A model generated the notes under the pieces. The model saw only the letters and a list, made by a program, of their open reading frames with translations. It made no database searches and was not told where the DNA came from. Below are positions 1-11,164 of a stretch of DNA of 19,675 nt, in pieces; the stretch's first letter is position 1, and every line of letters starts with the position of its first letter. A program made the position numbers and the translations under genes. This DNA comes from a virus. Taxonomy: Duplodnaviria > Heunggongvirae > Uroviricota > Caudoviricetes. The stretch lies in the IMG/VR virus record IMGVR_UViG_2706794670_000001. One strand, 5' to 3'.

Positions 1-257
1 GGTTATCGCTCGCCACGGGAATATCTGCGGCAGCGGGCTTGTAATGGGTTAAGTGATAACAGATGTCTGGAAATATAGGGGCAAATCCAATCGTCGCCGT
101 ATTCCCGTATTAACAGAGACCGTAGCCCGACGGGGAACTCCTTCTGCGCGAGTGTGCGGGAATAATCAAAAACGATGCACACCGGGGTTACCGGGTACAC
201 ATATTTCATCATGCCAGCGAGTCCGGTTCTGGCACGGAAGAAACCGGACGTTATGAT

Positions 258-668
258 TTAGTGCGGAAATATTTGTGTAGTGTTCTGTATGTTCTCAGTA
301 AAGAGTAATGAATTATCAAAGGTATAGTAATACCTTTTGTTTTCGTGGATATTTGTAATCCATCTGAAAACCCCTGCTGTAGCAAGATTTTTCCTGTATT
401 CGTAAAATGATAACTCTCCTGATTTGAATCCTTTTAAGGTGGCTTCTATAAGGCATTTATTTTTTGAAAATCTTACATTTACAACCTTACCCTGTCCTTT
501 TATTAAAACCGTATTATCGTTTTCAAGAACAAGATGAATATTCTCTGTGGCTAAATAGTAAATGTAATGTGAGACATTGTGACGTTTTAGTTCAGAATAA
601 AACCAGTGATAGTTTAAATTATTTCGCACTTTATCGAATATTTGTTTAAAAATGGCAACCTGAGCCAT
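258..668 (-). CDS. hypothetical protein (136 aa), AT-rich cos-proximal moron; possibly YbcV-like (DUF1398), unverified
   Basis: Minus-strand ORF with stop at 258-260. The track starts it at 683 (141 aa), but the second in-frame ATG at 668 is preceded by GGAAGG about 7 nt upstream, whereas the first ATG has no Shine-Dalgarno, so I prefer 668. Coding region is roughly 30% GC against ~55% for the structural genes. No hydrophobic segment, so probably cytoplasmic. Family assignment is from memory only. Confidence 0.55.
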   Translation of the reverse strand: MAQVAIFKQIFDKVRNNLNYHWFYSELKRHNVSHYIYYLATENIHLVLENDNTVLIKGQGKVVNVRFSKNKCLIEATLKGFKSGELSFYEYRKNLATAGVFRWITNIHENKRYYYTFDNSLLFTENIQNTTQIFPH

Positions 669-725
669 TGTAGTACCTTCCATGTGATATGAGGGGGCGT
701 AGTCTGCACGATTATCTAAATTGCT

Positions 726-959
726 TCAATCTGGTCTAACCTGTTTTCTGAGCAATTCAGTAATGTCACTCTTTTCTTTGTTTGCTTCAGGCGAAACTCT
801 TTTTTCTGAGCACAGTCTCCGGCGGCAGGCTTCAATGACCCAGGCTGAGAAATTCCCGGACCCTTTTTGAACAAGAGCGATGTTAATTTGTTCAATCATT
901 TGGTTAGGAAAGCGGATGTTGCGGGTTGTTGTTCTGCGGGTTCTGTTCTTCGTTGACAT
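726..959 (-). CDS. small basic protein (77 aa) with ribbon-helix-helix-like N-terminus; resembles YlcI/DUF3950-type proteins found next to cos in lambdoid prophages
   Basis: Minus-strand ORF, ATG at 959-957, stop TGA at 728-726. The Arg/Thr-rich N-terminal tail followed by NIRFPNQMIEQINIALVQKG...FSAWVIEACRRRL has a strand-helix-helix pattern typical of Arc/MetJ/CopG folds. Lies ~200 bp left of cosN, upstream of the 136-aa ORF on the same strand. Confidence 0.6.
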   Translation of the reverse strand: MSTKNRTRRTTTRNIRFPNQMIEQINIALVQKGSGNFSAWVIEACRRRLCSEKRVSPEANKEKSDITELLRKQVRPD

Positions 960-1158
960 GAGGTTGCCCTGTATTCAGTGTCGCTGATTTGTATTGTCTG
1001 AAGTTGTTTTTACGTTAAGTTGATGCAGATCAATTAATACGATACCTGCGTCATAATTGATTATTTGACGTGGTTTGATGGCGTAGATGCACGTTGTGAC
1101 ATGTAGATGATAATTATTATCATTTTGCGGGTCCTTTCCGGCGATCCGACAGGTTACG

Positions 1159-1170
1159 GGGCGGAAGGCG
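1159..1170. other. cosN cohesive-end 12-mer (variant): GGGCGGAAGGCG
   Basis: The flanks ...CCGACAGGTTACG on the left and CGCGGGTTTTCGCTATTTATGA on the right match the lambda right-end and left-end sequences as I recall them. The 12 nt between them occupy the position of the lambda cohesive end. Confidence 0.6.
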
Positions 1171-1204
1171 CGCGGGTTTTCGCTATTTATGACAATTTTC
1201 CGGT

Positions 1205-1330
1205 TTAAGGCGTTTCCGTTCTTCTTCGCCGTAACCTAATGTTTTTATTTAAAACACCCCCTGAAAAGAAAGGAAACGACAGGTGCTGAAAACGGGCTTT
1301 TTGGCCTCTGTCGTTTCCTTTCTCTGTTTT
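1205..1330 (+). promoter_or_regulatory. cosB terminase small-subunit binding region (R3, R2, R1 repeats)
   Basis: Three copies of a CGTTTCC(T/G)TT core: 1211-1228 cgtttccgttcttcttcg, 1268-1283 in inverted orientation (aaaggaaacgacaggt), and 1308-1326 ctgtcgtttcctttctctg. They sit between cosN and the nu1 start, as in lambda cosB. Confidence 0.6.
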
Positions 1331-1347
1331 TGTCCGTGGAATGAACA

Positions 1348-1867
1348 ATGGAAGTCAACAAAAAGCAGCTGGCTGACATTTTCGGTGCGAGTATCCGTAC
1401 CATTCAGAACTGGCAGGAACAGGGAATGCCCGTTCTGCGAGGCGGTGGCAAGGGTAATGAGGTGCTTTATGACTCTGCCGCCGTTATAAGATGGTATGCC
1501 GAAAGGGATGCTGAAATTGAGAACGAAAAGCTGCGCCGGGAAGTTGAAGAACTGCGGCAGGCCAGCGAGACAGATCTCCAGCCAGGGACTATTGAGTACG
1601 AACGCCATCGACTTACGCGTGCGCAGGCCGACGCACAGGAGCTGAAAAATGCCAGAGACTCCGCTGAAGTGGTGGAAACCGCATTCTGTACTTTCGTGCT
1701 GTCGCGGATCGCAGGTGAAATTGCCAGTATTCTCGACGGGATCCCCCTGTCGGTGCAGCGGCGTTTTCCGGAACTGGAAAACCGACATGTTGATTTCCTG
1801 AAACGGGATATCATCAAAGCCATGAACAAAGCAGCCGCGCTGGATGAACTGATACCGGGGTTGCTGA

Positions 1868-1893
<26 letters not shown>
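1348..1893 (+). CDS. nu1: terminase small subunit gpNu1
   Basis: 181-aa ORF beginning MEVNKKQLADIFGASIRTIQNWQEQGMPVL, which matches lambda Nu1 in sequence and length. Stop TAA at 1891-1893; overlaps the start of A. Confidence 0.95.
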
Positions 1894-5595
<3,702 letters not shown>

Positions 5596-5615
<20 letters not shown>

Positions 5616-6915
5616 TCTCCCGCATATTGCCAGCATGGCTTTTAATGAGCCGCTGATGCTTGAACCCGCCTATGCGCGGGTTTTCTTTTGTGCGCTTGCA
5701 GGCCAGCTTGGGATCAGCTGCCTGACGGATGCAGTATCCGGCGACAGCCTGACTGCCGGAGAGGCACCCGCGGCGCTGGCGTTATCCGGTGATGATGACG
5801 GACCACGACAGGCCCGCAGTTATCAGGTAATGAACGGCATCGCCGTGCTGCCGGTGTCCGGCACGCTGGTCAGCCGGACGCGGGCGCTGCAGCCGTACTC
5901 GGGGATGACCGGTTACAACGGCATTATCGCCCGTCTGCAACAGGCTGCCAGCGACCCGATGGTGGACGGCATTCTGCTCGATATGGACACACCGGGCGGA
6001 ATGGTGGCGGGAGCATTTGACTGCGCTGACATCATCGCCCGTGTGCGTGACATAAAGCCGGTATGGGCGCTGGCCAATGACATGAACTGCAGCGCAGGTC
6101 AGCTGCTTGCCAGTGCCGCCTCCCGGCGTCTGGTCACGCAGACCGCCCGGACAGGCTCCATCGGCGTCATGATGGCTCACAGTAATTACGGCGCTGCACT
6201 GGAGAAACAGGGCGTGGAAATCACGCTGATTTACAGCGGCAGCCATAAGGTGGATGGCAACCCCTACAGCCATCTACCGGATGATGTCCGGGAAACATTG
6301 CAGTCCCGGATGGATGCAACCCGCCGGATGTTTGCACAGAAGGTGTCGGCATATACCGGCCTGTCCGTGCAGGCTGTGCTGGATACCGAGGCTGCAGTGT
6401 ACAGCGGTCAGGAGGCCATTGATGCCGGACTGGCTGATGAACTTGTTAACAGTACCGATGCGATCACCGTCATGCGTGATGCACTGGATGCACGTAAATC
6501 CCGTCTCTCAGGAGGGCGAATGACCAAAGAGACTCAATCAACAACTGTTTCAGCCACTGCTTCGCAGGCTGACGTTACTGGCGTGGTGCAAGCGACGGAG
6601 GGCGAGAACGCCAGCGCGGCGCAGCCGGACGTGAACGCGCAGATCACCGCAGCGGTTGCGGCAGAAAACAGTCGCATTATGGGGATCCTCAACTGTGAGG
6701 AGGCTCACGGACGCGAAGAACAGGCACGCGTGCTGGCCGAAACCCCCGGTATGACCGTGGAAACGGCCCGCCGTATTCTGGCCGCAGCACCACAGAGTGC
6801 ACAGACGCGCAGTGACACTGCGCTGGATCGTCTGATGCAGGGGGCACCGGCACCGCTGGCTGCAGGTAACCCGGCATCTGATGCCGTTAACGATTTGCTG
6901 AACACACCAGTGTAA
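5596..6915 (+). CDS. C: head maturation protease / scaffold gpC
   Basis: GTG start at 5596 preceded by GAGGAGGAGAAG, overlapping the last 20 nt of B. Translation (M)TAELRNLPHIASMAFNEPLMLEP... is 439 aa. The track ORF begins further upstream at 5461, but that extension lies inside B coding sequence and is rejected. Confidence 0.9.
6310..6915 (+). CDS. nu3: scaffolding protein gpNu3 (in-frame internal start within C)
   Basis: Internal ATG at 6310 in the C frame gives MDATRRMFAQKVSAYTGLSV... of 201 aa sharing the C stop, which is the lambda C/Nu3 nested arrangement. Confidence 0.75.
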   Translation: MDATRRMFAQKVSAYTGLSVQAVLDTEAAVYSGQEAIDAGLADELVNSTDAITVMRDALDARKSRLSGGRMTKETQSTTVSATASQADVTGVVQATEGENASAAQPDVNAQITAAVAAENSRIMGILNCEEAHGREEQARVLAETPGMTVETARRILAAAPQSAQTRSDTALDRLMQGAPAPLAAGNPASDAVNDLLNTPV

Positions 6916-6924
6916 GGGATGTTT

Positions 6925-7257
6925 ATGACGAGCAAAGAAACCTTTACCCATTACCAGCCGCTGGGCAATAGTGACCCGGCTCATACCGCAACCGCGCCCG
7001 GCGGATTGAGTGCGAAAGCGCCTGCAATGACCCCGCTGATGCTGGACACCTCCACCCGTAAGCTGGTTGCGTGGGATGGCACCACCGACGGTGCTGCCGT
7101 TGGCATTCTTGCGGTTGCTGCTGACCAGACCAGCACCACACTGACGTTCTACAAGTCCGGCACGTTCCGTTATGAGGATGTGCTCTGGCCGGAGGCTGCC
7201 AGCGACGAGACGAAAAAACGGACCGTGTTTGCCGGAACGGCAATCAGCATCGTTTAA
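6925..7257 (+). CDS. D: head decoration protein gpD
   Basis: [27 protein letters not shown]... of 110 aa. AAGGGA Shine-Dalgarno 5 nt upstream of the ATG at 6925; the track start at 6919 adds two residues and is less likely. Confidence 0.92.
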   Translation: MTSKETFTHYQPLGNSDPAHTATAPGGLSAKAPAMTPLMLDTSTRKLVAWDGTTDGAAVGILAVAADQTSTTLTFYKSGTFRYEDVLWPEAASDETKKRTVFAGTAISIV

Positions 7258-7274
7258 CTTTACCCTTCATCACT

Positions 7275-7299
7275 AAAGGCCGCCTGTGTGGCTTTTTTT
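7275..7299 (+). terminator. terminator-like stem-loop plus T7 run in the D-E intergenic region
   Basis: aaaggccgcctgtgtggcttttttt: a GC-rich stem (ggccgc / gtggc with one G-U pair) with a 4-nt loop and flanking A-tract and T-tract, between the D stop and the E start. Confidence 0.4.
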
Positions 7300-7312
7300 A
7301 CGGGATTTTTTT

Positions 7313-8338
7313 ATGTCGATGTACACAACCGCCCAGCTGCTGGCGGCAAATGAGCAGAAATTTAAGTTTGATCCGCTGTTTCTGCGTCTCTTTTTCCGTG
7401 AGAGCTATCCCTTCACTACGGAGAAAGTCTATCTCTCACAAATTCCGGGACTGGTAAACATGGCGCTGTACGTTTCGCCGATTGTTTCCGGTGAGGTTAT
7501 CCGTTCCCGTGGCGGCTCCACCTCTGAATTTACGCCGGGATATGTCAAACCCAAGCATGAGGTGAATCCGCAGATGACCCTGCGTCGCCTGCCGGATGAA
7601 GATCCGCAGAATCTGGCGGACCCGGCTTACCGCCGCCGTCGCATCATCATGCAGAACATGCGTGACGAAGAGCTGGCCATTGCTCAGGTCGAAGAGATGC
7701 AGGCAGTTTCTGCCGTGCTCAAGGGCAAATACACCATGACCGGTGAAGCCTTCGATCCGGTTGAGGTGGATATGGGCCGCAGTGCGGCGAACAACATCAC
7801 ACAGTCCGGCGTCACGGAGTGGAGCAAGCGTGACAAGTCCACGTATGACCCGACCGACGATATCGAAGCCTACGCGCTGAACGCCAGCGGTGTGGTGAAT
7901 ATCATCGTGTTTGACCCGAAAGGCTGGGCGCTGTTCCGTTCCTTCAAAGCCGTCAAGGAGAAGCTGGATACCCGTCGCGGCTCTCATTCCGAGCTGGAGA
8001 CAGCGGTAAAAGACCTGGGCAAAGCGGTGTCCTATAAGGGAATGTATGGCGATGTGGCCATCGTCGTGTATTCCGGACAGTACGTGGAAAACGGCGTCAA
8101 AAAGAACTTCCTGCCGGACAACACGATGGTGCTGGGGAACACTCAGGCTCGCGGTCTGCGCACCTATGGCTGCATTCAGGATGCGGACGCACAGCGCGAA
8201 GGCATTAACGCTTCTGCCCGTTACCCGAAAAACTGGGTGACCACCGGCGATCCGGCGCGTGAGTTCACCATGATTCAGTCAGCACCGCTGATGCTGCTGG
8301 CTGATCCTGATGAGTTCGTGTCCGTTCAACTGGCGTAA
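7313..8338 (+). CDS. E: major capsid protein gpE
   Basis: MSMYTTAQLLAANEQKFKFDPLFLRLFFRESYPFTTEKVYLSQIPGLVNMALYVSPIV... of 341 aa, matching lambda gpE with a few substitutions. The track start at 7286 is an in-frame upstream extension that is rejected. Confidence 0.95.
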   Translation: MSMYTTAQLLAANEQKFKFDPLFLRLFFRESYPFTTEKVYLSQIPGLVNMALYVSPIVSGEVIRSRGGSTSEFTPGYVKPKHEVNPQMTLRRLPDEDPQNLADPAYRRRRIIMQNMRDEELAIAQVEEMQAVSAVLKGKYTMTGEAFDPVEVDMGRSAANNITQSGVTEWSKRDKSTYDPTDDIEAYALNASGVVNIIVFDPKGWALFRSFKAVKEKLDTRRGSHSELETAVKDLGKAVSYKGMYGDVAIVVYSGQYVENGVKKNFLPDNTMVLGNTQARGLRTYGCIQDADAQREGINASARYPKNWVTTGDPAREFTMIQSAPLMLLADPDEFVSVQLA

Positions 8339-8340
8339 TC

Positions 8341-8370
8341 ATGGCCCTTCGGGGCCATTTTCTCTCTGTG
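8341..8370 (+). terminator. perfect hairpin immediately after the E stop (intra-operon terminator-like or RNA-stability element)
   Basis: atggccc-ttcg-gggccat is a 7-bp perfect inverted repeat with a TTCG tetraloop at 8341-8358, followed by the pyrimidine-rich tract tttctctctgtg. It starts 3 nt after the E stop codon. Confidence 0.5.
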
Positions 8371-8379
8371 GAGGAGTTC

Positions 8380-8778
8380 ATGACGAAAGATGAACTGATT
8401 GCCCGTCTTCAGGAGCTGGGTGAGCAATTGAACCGCGATGTCAGTTTGACGGGAACGAAAGAAGAACTGGCGCTTCGTGTGGCAGAGCTGGAAGAAGAGC
8501 TTGATGACACGGATGAAACTGCCGGTCAGGACACCCCTCTCAGCCGGGAAAATGTGCTGACCGGGCATGAAAATGAGGTGGTATCAGCGCAGCCGGATAC
8601 CGTGATTCAGGATACGGCTGAACTGGTCACGGTCGTGGCACTGGTGACGCTGCATACTGATGCACTTCACGCCACGCGGGATAAACCTGTGGCATTTGTG
8701 CTGCCGGGAACGGCGTTTCGTGTCTCTGCCGGTGTGGCAGCCGAAATGACAGAGCGCGGCCTGGCCAGAATGCAATAA
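8380..8778 (+). CDS. FI: DNA packaging / head completion protein gpFI
   Basis: MTKDELIARLQELGEQLNRDVSLTGTKEELALRVAELEEELDD... of 132 aa. GGAGGAG Shine-Dalgarno upstream of the ATG at 8380. Confidence 0.9.
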   Translation: MTKDELIARLQELGEQLNRDVSLTGTKEELALRVAELEEELDDTDETAGQDTPLSRENVLTGHENEVVSAQPDTVIQDTAELVTVVALVTLHTDALHATRDKPVAFVLPGTAFRVSAGVAAEMTERGLARMQ

Positions 8779-8789
8779 CGGGAGGCGCT

Positions 8790-9143
8790 GTGGCTGATTT
8801 CGATAACCTGTTCGATGCTGCCATTGCCCGCGCCGATGAAACGATACGCGGGTACATGGGAACGTCAGCCACCATGACATCCGGTGAGCAGTCAGGTGCG
8901 GTGATACGTGGTGTTTTTGATGACCCTGAAAATATCAGCTATGCCGGACAGGGCGTGCGCGTTGAAGGCTCCAGCCCGTCCCTGTTTGTCCGGACTGATG
9001 AGGTGCGGCAGCTGCGGCGTGGAGACACGCTGACCATCGGTGAGGAAAATTTCTGGGTAGATCGGGTTTCGCCGGATGATGGCGGAAGTTGTCATCTCTG
9101 GCTTGGACGGGGCGTACCGCCTGCCGTTAACCGTCGCCGCTGA
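8790..9143 (+). CDS. FII: head-tail connector protein gpFII
   Basis: GTG start at 8790 preceded by GGGAGG. Translation (M)ADFDNLFDAAIARADETIRGYMGTSATMTSGEQ... of 117 aa. Confidence 0.9.
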   Translation: MADFDNLFDAAIARADETIRGYMGTSATMTSGEQSGAVIRGVFDDPENISYAGQGVRVEGSSPSLFVRTDEVRQLRRGDTLTIGEENFWVDRVSPDDGGSCHLWLGRGVPPAVNRRR

Positions 9144-9154
9144 AAGGGGGATGT

Positions 9155-9586
9155 ATGGCCATAAAAGGTCTTGAGCAGGCCGTTGAAAACCTCAGCCGTA
9201 TCAGCAAAACGGCGGTGCCCGGTGCCGCCGCAATGGCCATTAACCGCGTTGCTTCATCCGCGANNNNNNNNNNNNNNNNNNNNNNNNNNNNNNNNNNNNN
9301 NNNNNNNNNNNNNNNNNNNNNNNNNNNNNNNNNNNNNNNNNNNNNNNNNNNNNNNNNNNNNNNNNNNNNNNNNNNNNNNNNNNNNNNNNNNNNNNNNNNN
9401 NNNNNNNNNNNNNNNNNNNNNNNNNNNNNNNNNNNNNNNNNNNNNNNNNNNNNNNNNNNNNNNNNNNNNNNNNNNNNNNNNNNNNNNNNNNNNNNNNNNN
9501 NNNNNNNNNNNNNNNNNNNNNNNNGTCTTCCGAAAGAGCTGGGCTATGCGCTGCAGCATCAACTGAGAATGGTAATAAAGCGATGA
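9155..9586 (+). CDS. Z: tail completion protein gpZ (spans N-run 9264-9524; true length unknown)
   Basis: N-terminus MAIKGLEQAVENLSRISKTAVPGAAAMAINRVASSA and C-terminus [19 protein letters not shown] flank the N-run in one frame. The stop overlaps the U start (ATGA). Confidence 0.85.
   Translation: MAIKGLEQAVENLSRISKTAVPGAAAMAINRVASSAXXXXXXXXXXXXXXXXXXXXXXXXXXXXXXXXXXXXXXXXXXXXXXXXXXXXXXXXXXXXXXXXXXXXXXXXXXXXXXXXXXXXXXXXLPKELGYALQHQLRMVIKR
9264..9524. other. run of N (261 nt) inside Z
   Basis: Directly visible in the sequence. Confidence 1.
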
Positions 9587-9978
9587 AACATACTGAACTC
9601 CGTGCAGCCGTACTGGATGCACTGGAGAAGCATGACACCGGGGCGACGCTTTTTGATGGTCGCCCCGCTGTTTTTGATGAGGAAGATTTTCCGGCAATTG
9701 CCGTTTATCTCACCGGCGCTGAATACACGGGCGAAGAGCTGGACAGCGATACCTGGCAGGCGGAGCTGCATATTGAAGTTTTCCTGCCTGCTCAGGTGCC
9801 GGATTCAGAGCTGGATTCGTGGATGGAGTCCCGGATTTATCCTGTGATGAGCGATATCCCGGCACTGTCAGATTTGATCACCAGTATGGTGGCCAGCGGC
9901 TATGACTACCGGCGCGACGATGATGCGGGCCTGTGGAGTTCAGCCGATCTGACTTATGTCATTATCTATGAAATGTGA
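9583..9978 (+). CDS. U: tail terminator protein gpU
   Basis: [53 protein letters not shown]... of 131 aa. Confidence 0.92.
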   Translation: MKHTELRAAVLDALEKHDTGATLFDGRPAVFDEEDFPAIAVYLTGAEYTGEELDSDTWQAELHIEVFLPAQVPDSELDSWMESRIYPVMSDIPALSDLITSMVASGYDYRRDDDAGLWSSADLTYVIIYEM

Positions 9979-9985
9979 GGACGCT

Positions 9986-10726
9986 ATGCCTGTACCAAAT
10001 CCTACAATGCCGGTGAAAGGTGCCGGGACCACCCTGTGGGTTTATAAGGGGAGCGGTGACCCTTATGCGAACCCGCTTTCAGACGTTGACTGGTCGCGTC
10101 TGGCAAAAGTTAAAGACCTGACGCCCGGCGAACTGACCGCTGAGTCCTATGACGACAGCTATCTCGATGATGAAGATGCAGACTGGACTGCGACCGGGCA
10201 GGGGCAGAAATCTGCCGGAGATACCAGCTTCACGCTGGCGTGGATGCCCGGAGAGCAGGGGCAGCAGGCGCTGCTGGCGTGGTTTAATGAAGGTGATACC
10301 CGTGCCTATAAAATCCGCTTCCCGAACGGCACGGTCGATGTGTTCCGTGGCTGGGTCAGCAGTATCGGTAAGGCGGTGACGGCGAAGGAGGTGATTACCC
10401 GCACGGTGAAGGTCACCAATGTGGGACGTCCGTCGATGGCAGAAGATCGCAGCACGGTGACGGCGACGACCGGCATGACGGTGACACCCGCCAGTGCTTC
10501 CGTAGTGAAAGGGCAGAGCACCACGCTGACCGTGGCATTCCAGCCGGATGGCGCAACCGACAAGAGCTTCCGTGCGGTGTCTGCGGATAAAACAAAAGCC
10601 ACCGTGTCGGTCAGTGGTATGACCATCACCGTGAAAGGTGTTGCTGCAGGCAAGGTCAACATTCCGGTCGTATCTGGTAATGGTGAGTTTGCTGCGGTTG
10701 CAGAAATCAACGTCACCGCCAGTTAA
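9986..10726 (+). CDS. V: major tail tube protein gpV
   Basis: [50 protein letters not shown]... of 246 aa with an Ig-like C-terminal region. The track start at 9956 is in U coding sequence and is rejected. Confidence 0.95.
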   Translation: MPVPNPTMPVKGAGTTLWVYKGSGDPYANPLSDVDWSRLAKVKDLTPGELTAESYDDSYLDDEDADWTATGQGQKSAGDTSFTLAWMPGEQGQQALLAWFNEGDTRAYKIRFPNGTVDVFRGWVSSIGKAVTAKEVITRTVKVTNVGRPSMAEDRSTVTATTGMTVTPASASVVKGQSTTLTVAFQPDGATDKSFRAVSADKTKATVSVSGMTITVKGVAAGKVNIPVVSGNGEFAAVAEINVTAS

Positions 10727-10741
10727 TCCGGAGAGTCAGCG

Positions 10742-11164
10742 ATGTTCCTGAAAACCGAATCATTTGAACATAACGGTGTGACCGTCACGCTTTCTGAACT
10801 GTCAGCCCTGCAGCGTATTGAGCATCTCGACCTGATGAAACGGCAGGCAGAACAGGCGGAGTCAGACAGCAACCGGAAGTTTACTGTGGAAGACGCCATC
10901 AGAACCGGCGCTTTTGTGGTTGCGATGTCCCTGTGGCATAACCATCCGAAGAAGACGCAGATGCCGTCCATGAATGAAGCCGTTAAACAGATTGAGCAGG
11001 AAGTGCTTACCACCTGGCCCACAGAGGCAATTTCTCATGCTGAAAACGTGGTGTACCGGCTGTCCGGTATGTATGAGTTTGTGGTGAATGATGCTCCTGA
11101 ACAGGCAGAGGACGCCGGGCCTGCAGAGCCTGTTTCTGCGGGAAAGTGTTCGACGGTGAGCTGA
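10742..11164 (+). CDS. G: tail assembly chaperone gpG
   Basis: MFLKTESFEHNGVTVTLSELSALQRIEHLDLMKRQAEQAESD... of 140 aa, ending just after the slippery site. Confidence 0.9.
   Translation: MFLKTESFEHNGVTVTLSELSALQRIEHLDLMKRQAEQAESDSNRKFTVEDAIRTGAFVVAMSLWHNHPKKTQMPSMNEAVKQIEQEVLTTWPTEAISHAENVVYRLSGMYEFVVNDAPEQAEDAGPAEPVSAGKCSTVS

Noticed and set aside
3-212. 69-aa minus-strand ORF and the overlapping 67-aa plus-strand ORF at 53-256
   Set aside because: They are mutually exclusive, neither has a convincing ribosome-binding site or family resemblance, and both are short. Left unannotated and covered by the left-flank finding.
960-1158. Possible sigma-70 promoter for the minus-strand cassette (a TATTAAT-like element near 1030-1040 on the minus strand)
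   Set aside because: No convincing -35/-10 pair with 16-18 bp spacing could be found by eye in this AT-rich DNA, so a promoter call would be guesswork.
1249-1788. 179-aa minus-strand ORF and 68-aa plus-strand ORF (1283-1489) overlapping cosB and nu1
   Set aside because: The region is accounted for by the cosB R-site repeats and by nu1, whose product matches lambda Nu1.
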